Shown in pieces: positions 31,865-37,069 of a stretch of DNA of 37,069 nucleotides. The DNA is from Trichomonas gallinae (lineage: Eukaryota): contig MRSU01011155.1 in the NCBI GenBank assembly GCA_008369845.1, positions 1 to 37,069 of the forward strand. Reading direction: 5' to 3'. A program made the position numbers and the translations under genes. Numbering within the stretch: position 1 is the first letter of the stretch; each line of letters begins with the position of its first letter. The notes under the pieces were generated by a model, which was given only the letters and a program-made list of their open reading frames with translations, had not been told where the DNA came from and made no database searches.

Positions 31865-32298
31865 CGGAATTAACGGATTAAAAAAATTGACAAAATAAAT
31901 TGTCACTTTTTATTATGAAATTTTTCGATTTTTTATTTTTCTTTTTCTTTAAATGTACTGTGTTACATGACTGAAAACTCCTCTAAAAACATCATTTAAA
32001 AGGATAAATTTTTATTTCATTTTACAATATTTTCATATATTTATTCAAATTTCATTAAAATCGAGTTTTAAGGGTGAGTTTAGCGTAATTCTAAATTTTA
32101 AATCAGTAAATTGATTTAATTTTAAGTAATAATCTAAAATAAATTAGAATTTCAATTAAAATCGAAGAAATTTTTTCATCAAATTTCAAAATACGCTTAT
32201 CTGAAGAATTTTGTTGATATTTGTTAGAAGTATGTTTAACATAATCAAATCTGCATCATATTAAAAACATTTTTTATTTCTAACGAGATTCCTCTTTG

Positions 32299-32931
32299 AT
32301 GATTGTTCCCGATAAAGTTATCGAGAACAGGAAGAAAATTATGGGCTCAAATCTCTTCAGTGATAGAAGAGAATCGCCAAGAAGACGCCCTCAAGAGCAA
32401 GAAGCTCAACATGAAATTCGTCCTCCTCCACCTGTTATAGAAAAATCACAATACGAGCAAGTAAGAAAATCATATGATCCTGGAAAAGGATATCAACGGT
32501 TTAATTTTCTAATACCTCCTAAAACAAACGTTCCAAAGATTGAAAATGTACCACCAAGGCTTCCTTTGCCAGTTATGCAGCCATTTCCTGAAGTTAAAAT
32601 AGAAACTCACAATGAAAAACCACGTTTTGATATGGGAATCAAAGCATTAAAATATGAAAATAATTTCAAGCCTGTTAAGATGCCTCTGCGTGGAATTGAT
32701 GACCTACACAAGATAAAAGAAGAAATTAATCTATCCAATATCGAATTTGCTTTTAAATTGAATCAACTTTTTTCAACACACAAAAACATGCAATTTGAAC
32801 CAAACCAGCCACCAAGTGAAGGCTCCTCAATGAGACCTGAGTCTATCAACGCAAACGAATATCCAACTCTCGATAAACTTAATACGCAAACAGAATACAT
32901 TGACCCTGCATCTACTGGATTTGCCCCATAA
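32299..32931 (+). CDS. Hypothetical proline-rich protein
   Basis: 210-aa ORF with coding-like composition against AT-rich flanks; no domain recognised. Confidence 0.7.
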   Translation: MIVPDKVIENRKKIMGSNLFSDRRESPRRRPQEQEAQHEIRPPPPVIEKSQYEQVRKSYDPGKGYQRFNFLIPPKTNVPKIENVPPRLPLPVMQPFPEVKIETHNEKPRFDMGIKALKYENNFKPVKMPLRGIDDLHKIKEEINLSNIEFAFKLNQLFSTHKNMQFEPNQPPSEGSSMRPESINANEYPTLDKLNTQTEYIDPASTGFAP

Positions 32932-33217
32932 GAATTTACACATTTAATATTACAATTTTCAAAAATCAAGAAATATTTTTTTATTTCTAGCGGAAATTTC
33001 CTAATTTTTGATTGGTATATTTGAATATACTGATCTATAGTAGCATTATTAGATGATTTCATGATGACAGCTTTAATTAATTTTTATTTAATTATCATGA
33101 TTCATAATGAATGCTTTATTATGGTTATTTTTTTGTATTTACTGTTTTTTTTTATTTGACTTGTTATTAATAAAAAATATTCAAAAATTATAATATTTAA
33201 TCTAACTAATTTAAAAT

Positions 33218-34795
33218 TTAGACCTTTGCATCATCGGCACCAGACTGGTCATTATTCTTCTTGTTCTTACGGAGAATGACAACAGTAACAATAATGGCAA
33301 TAATGATCAAACAGACAACGGCGACAGATACGCCAATGGCAGTCTTCTGTCCTTTAGTGAGCTTTCCATCATCTTGGCCGTTTTCGGGCTCAGTGTTTGG
33401 TATTCTATAGATTAAAACCTCAGATCCCGCCCATGGTGTATGTGTTTTGAGCTTTGGTCCTGTCATATTCTTAGACATAGCGCCAATGTAAATAGACTTG
33501 CAATCTGGGCCCCATTGTACATCAGAGCCGAAGCCAATTGGTGAATCTCCGTATTGCTTGCCCTTAAATTCTTCAGCCTTCTGGTATGTTCCATCATTTT
33601 GCTTCCTGAAGAATGTTATGTATGTAGCAGTCTGGTTATTCTCATCTTTGCGGTTGGATTGCTGAGTGAAGAAAACTTCATCGCTGCAAAAGCCAGCAGC
33701 TGACCAGCCGTACTCACCAGAGTAATCGATGGCTTGAGCTGTCTTCCAACTATTATCTTTGTTCTCAAGAACGTAGAAAGTATTCGTTGAATCTTCATAA
33801 GCAGCTGTAACACCGAAAATGTTCTGGTTCTTGATTGGCATTGAAATCGGGTGGCCATATCCAGAGTATTCCTTGCCCTCTGGAGCATCTGGAACTGGAA
33901 TAATAGATTTAACAACCCATTTGTTATTATCTTTTCTGTTCAAAATAACTGTACCGAAGTCTTTTTCGAAGCTAATATTAGCCTTTGCGTCTTTCCATAT
34001 ATATGTTGCGACAATTAATGTTGATGCATCAACAAACTGCAATGAAGCACCGAATTTGAAGTATTTATCTTTAATATCCTTGCCTGCATATGCTTCAGAT
34101 GGCTCAAAACGCTGCAAATCGTTCCATGTGGAATCTGCATTTTGCTGAGTAATGAAGACGACGCCTTGATCTTTTGCCAAGAATTTTGGCTTGTTGTAGT
34201 AGGCAGAAGCAATGATTTGGCAATCTGGGGTTGCTGTTAACGATCTTCCTAAACCTTGGCCTTCATCATAATTATCTGGGCTTTCCGTCTTAGATTTTGG
34301 ATCTTTGTTGTAAATGAGAGCAGTCTGTCCCCACTTTTTAGAATCTTTATTATAATCCCAAACAACAACTGCTCCAACCTGATCAAGGAATTCACCAGCC
34401 TTACTCTTAACATCAGAATATGGTGCACCAGCAACAATTCTGTTTCCATCTGTAGAAATTACAACTGTAGATCCCATGTTGAAAACATGGCAATTTTCAT
34501 CATCTTTAGGGTAAAGAGGATCACCCATTAACTTATATTCACCAGCTTCTGAATCGTATTGATACACATAAAGTGCACCTGTTGCATTTCCTGTTCTCTC
34601 GTCAACAGACCATGACTTATCCATTTCCGAGTACTTATTCCAGCTTGCACCAACGACAAGCCTCTGTGGATCGGAGCCAGAAACAGCTACTGCCCTTCCA
34701 TAGATGCCCCAAAAGTCTGGATCAGGCTTAAGAGTCTGTTTGAGCTCCCATTTGATCTCTTGGCAGCATGCTGAAGTTGCTAGAAAAGCAAGCAT
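33218..34795 (-). CDS. FG-GAP repeat (integrin-alpha-like beta-propeller) single-pass surface protein
   Basis: Signal-like N-terminus; blades YGRAVAVSG..LVVGA..GALYVY, MGSTVVISTDGNRIVAGAP..GAVVVW, LGRSL, FGASL, FGSDV..IYIGA; C-terminal TM and basic stop-transfer. Inr TCACT at 34808-34804. Confidence 0.85.
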   Translation of the reverse strand: MLAFLATSACCQEIKWELKQTLKPDPDFWGIYGRAVAVSGSDPQRLVVGASWNKYSEMDKSWSVDERTGNATGALYVYQYDSEAGEYKLMGDPLYPKDDENCHVFNMGSTVVISTDGNRIVAGAPYSDVKSKAGEFLDQVGAVVVWDYNKDSKKWGQTALIYNKDPKSKTESPDNYDEGQGLGRSLTATPDCQIIASAYYNKPKFLAKDQGVVFITQQNADSTWNDLQRFEPSEAYAGKDIKDKYFKFGASLQFVDASTLIVATYIWKDAKANISFEKDFGTVILNRKDNNKWVVKSIIPVPDAPEGKEYSGYGHPISMPIKNQNIFGVTAAYEDSTNTFYVLENKDNSWKTAQAIDYSGEYGWSAAGFCSDEVFFTQQSNRKDENNQTATYITFFRKQNDGTYQKAEEFKGKQYGDSPIGFGSDVQWGPDCKSIYIGAMSKNMTGPKLKTHTPWAGSEVLIYRIPNTEPENGQDDGKLTKGQKTAIGVSVAVVCLIIIAIIVTVVILRKNKKNNDQSGADDAKV

Positions 34796-35597
34796 AGTTG
34801 CAAAGTGAAATATGTGAAAAATTTCATTGGCTTCTAAAGTATAGACATAACCAAAGAAATGTAAAAATTATAATTTGACACTCCAATTTTTGTGAACACT
34901 CTCAAATTAATTCTATTTTATAATTAGTCGTTACTATATGGTTATTAATATTTAAAAAGAGTATCGTTTTGGAGCCTTTCAATTTTTTGTGAACGGTTCA
35001 AATTTTGTGAATGAGTAACCATTCTAATGTGGATTTACTATGCCAAGCGAAATACTTCAAAAAATAAAAATCCGTAATTGATCATTGAATTTGCATTAAC
35101 GATTATTTTCTTCACAAATTAAAAGTTTTGAGTCCAAATTAATCGTTATTCCGATATGAAATTATTCTAATTTTTCATATCATTTTATGATGAGTGGAGT
35201 AAAAGCAACTGGATTTCGGAAAACAATATATGTCAGACCAATGACAAAAGTGTAAAACTAAATTCATTTCCAGATCGCAACCTGCTCATATGATTGATCA
35301 TCAATACAGCTTGATAATCACACACGAAAAAATGTCAAAAAACAAGTTTTATGGAAATTCAATTTATAAAAAAAATCAGTGTTTAAAATAATTTTGATAA
35401 AGTTAATCTTAGCATTTGATAAAGATCCTGACCATTTCGATCAAAACAAATGCATTGAATCGATGTGGAAAAATAACGGATGCGGCAACAGCATAAAAAC
35501 CCCATAATTTTCACAGCATTTCTTTCTATAATAAACTGTGAAATCTGTCACTTTTATTACACCAAATATTTAAGGTTCCAAAAGTGACAATAATTCT

Positions 35598-36259
35598 ATG
35601 ATATTTTTCATCTTTTTATATTTATGTAGAAATGTAGAACTAAACGGAATATTTCACAAATATTACGGTGATGGCATAGTTGTAGTAGAAACCAGCAGCT
35701 CTGGGAAACAGGAATTTAATTGATCAAGAAAATTAACTCATCCTGAATTCATTGCTGAGCCTGTTGATAATATTTATGATTGGTTTTCACACTTTGCACA
35801 TGATAATTTTGTAAACCCATGGATTACATTTTCTTTGAAATTTTCTAAAATAAAATTCAATGGTTTCTTCATAAGATGCAGTTGCTGCAACCAAAATATT
35901 TGTTGTTGTGAGGATGATGCTTATGGATGCTTTGATTGCTGTCTTTACACTTTCAAATTTCTGATGAAACTTGGAAAGATATTTTTGAAGTTAAGCAGGA
36001 CATAACATTGCAAAAATGCATGGAGAAGACGTATAAGTTGGATAAATCCTACACAGTCAAGTATATGAGACTTTATCAAGTCGAAGCTAAACCAGGAGAA
36101 ACACCTTGTATGGCGTTGAATAGAATCGAATTATTTGGCGATGCTGATGGAGCAAATCTAAGAGAGCCAATATCACAGCAGGATGAAGATGAGGATATCA
36201 GCATTATTGGACATATCTCAAAGAGCTTTGATGAAAGAGTCAAGAGGATGCTTGTTTGA
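35598..36259 (+). pseudogene. Disrupted member of a trichomonad Cys-rich secreted family (F5/8 type C/galactose-binding-like fold)
   Basis: From ATG 35598: MIFFIFLYL...KQEFN*SRKLTHPEF...YDWFS...PWITFSLK...CSCC..CCCEDD..CFDCCLY, then a frameshift near 35950 into QISDETWK...KYMRLYQ...PCMALNRIELFG. TGA at 35721. The ORF track shows only the 3' part. Confidence 0.8.
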
Positions 36260-36737
36260 TCATTACATAAATTATAATTCCAAGAAACTATTTTCATTTC
36301 AAATTTCAATGATATTTATAATGAAAATAATCATGAAGCCTGCAATAATTGTTTTTGAACATTTTCTGTGTACTTGCACGTTCGTATAGCATCCAAAAAC
36401 TAAGAATTTTTCAAAAACATGATTATAGCAATACAGCATTTACTGCTGCTTCATTTATATATAGTTAAAACAAAACATAAATACGATGATATGGCCATGA
36501 TGATTGTTATCTGATATATGTTATTGTTGGATGATTTATTCGATATTTCAATAAAAAAGATATTTTGTTATGTAAATTTTAAAATCGACATGCAAATCTT
36601 TTATTTTTTTTTTTCATTATGCTTGATATTTTGGAATATCAGTACAGACTGCACTTGCAGACGAGTTTACGTCGAGGTTTTTCGAGAAAACTGAAGTTTG
36701 ACTAAAAGCGCATTTCCAAGTTTTTGAAAAAATATGA

Positions 36738-36974
36738 AACTCACAAACAATCATTCAGTCAATTATTTGGGATAAATTAGATGAATTTGTTGCTGAAATT
36801 GAAAAGGAAGCTTTTGATATAAATCAAGAATTTAGAAATGCAATAAGTGATGCCAAGCATTCTTCTAAATGTGCATTAATTGATATTGTGTGCAAGTATG
36901 GCTCAGAAAACTGTTTCACATTTAGAAGAATGCTACGATTTCTGATAAAACATCTATTTAAGGGTCCACTCTAG
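36738..36974 (+). pseudogene. DUF3447/ankyrin-associated domain gene remnant
   Basis: TIIQSIIWDKLDEFVAEIEKEAFDINQ...LIDIVCKYGSENCF resembles the T. vaginalis ankyrin-associated motif (IMxDxxxxFI..E...FD.NQ...LLE.CC.YG..CF); no start codon and frameshifted flanks. Confidence 0.7.
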
Positions 36975-37069
36975 CCAAATAGCGGTCTCTCGTCTAGATT
37001 TGGATGACCTCTCCAAAAGTGAGCATTAGGGTCGATTAATTAAAAAATTAAGCCACAGAATTATTTTTT

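Noticed and set aside
35721..35723. In-frame TGA at probable Gly positions here and at 19761, suggesting UGA recoding
   Set aside because: TGA terminates intact genes (Sir2, IST1-like, F-BAR, calpain-like), and both loci also carry frameshifts; GGA-to-TGA decay is simpler.
36497..36514. ATGATGA...CTGA box C/D-like pair
   Set aside because: Only 7 nt between the boxes, leaving no room for a guide.

Overview
AT-rich eukaryotic protist DNA with hallmarks of a parabasalid, most likely Trichomonas vaginalis or a close relative. Those hallmarks are TCA(T/C)T initiators a few nt upstream of ATGs, AAAGTGAC M2 elements, TAAA poly(A) signals overlapping stop codons, an ACTAACACACAG intron end, and expanded ankyrin/Pmp/E2F-like families. 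It contains 17 intact, apparently intronless CDSs: an ankyrin protein, bacterial-type NADP-ADH1, a GH13 amylase, a PH+RasGAP-like protein, a nucleoplasmin-like protein, Sir2, a DEK1-type transmembrane pseudo-calpain, IST1-like, F-BAR/SH3, Pmp-like, Tim17/22/23-like, Rab, VPS9-like, tandem E2F/DP, DM10/EF-hand, one hypothetical protein and an FG-GAP surface protein. There are also at least four decayed gene remnants. The most notable signal is missed by the ORF track: a canonical 111-nt spliceosomal intron on the minus strand (12428-12318) of an apparently non-coding transcript, containing a complete compact box C/D snoRNA. Also notable are a 12-unit ~21-bp phased motif array filling a bidirectional promoter and a recurrent TGACA-N14-16-TGTCA element. 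All family assignments come from motif recognition by eye, not database searches.
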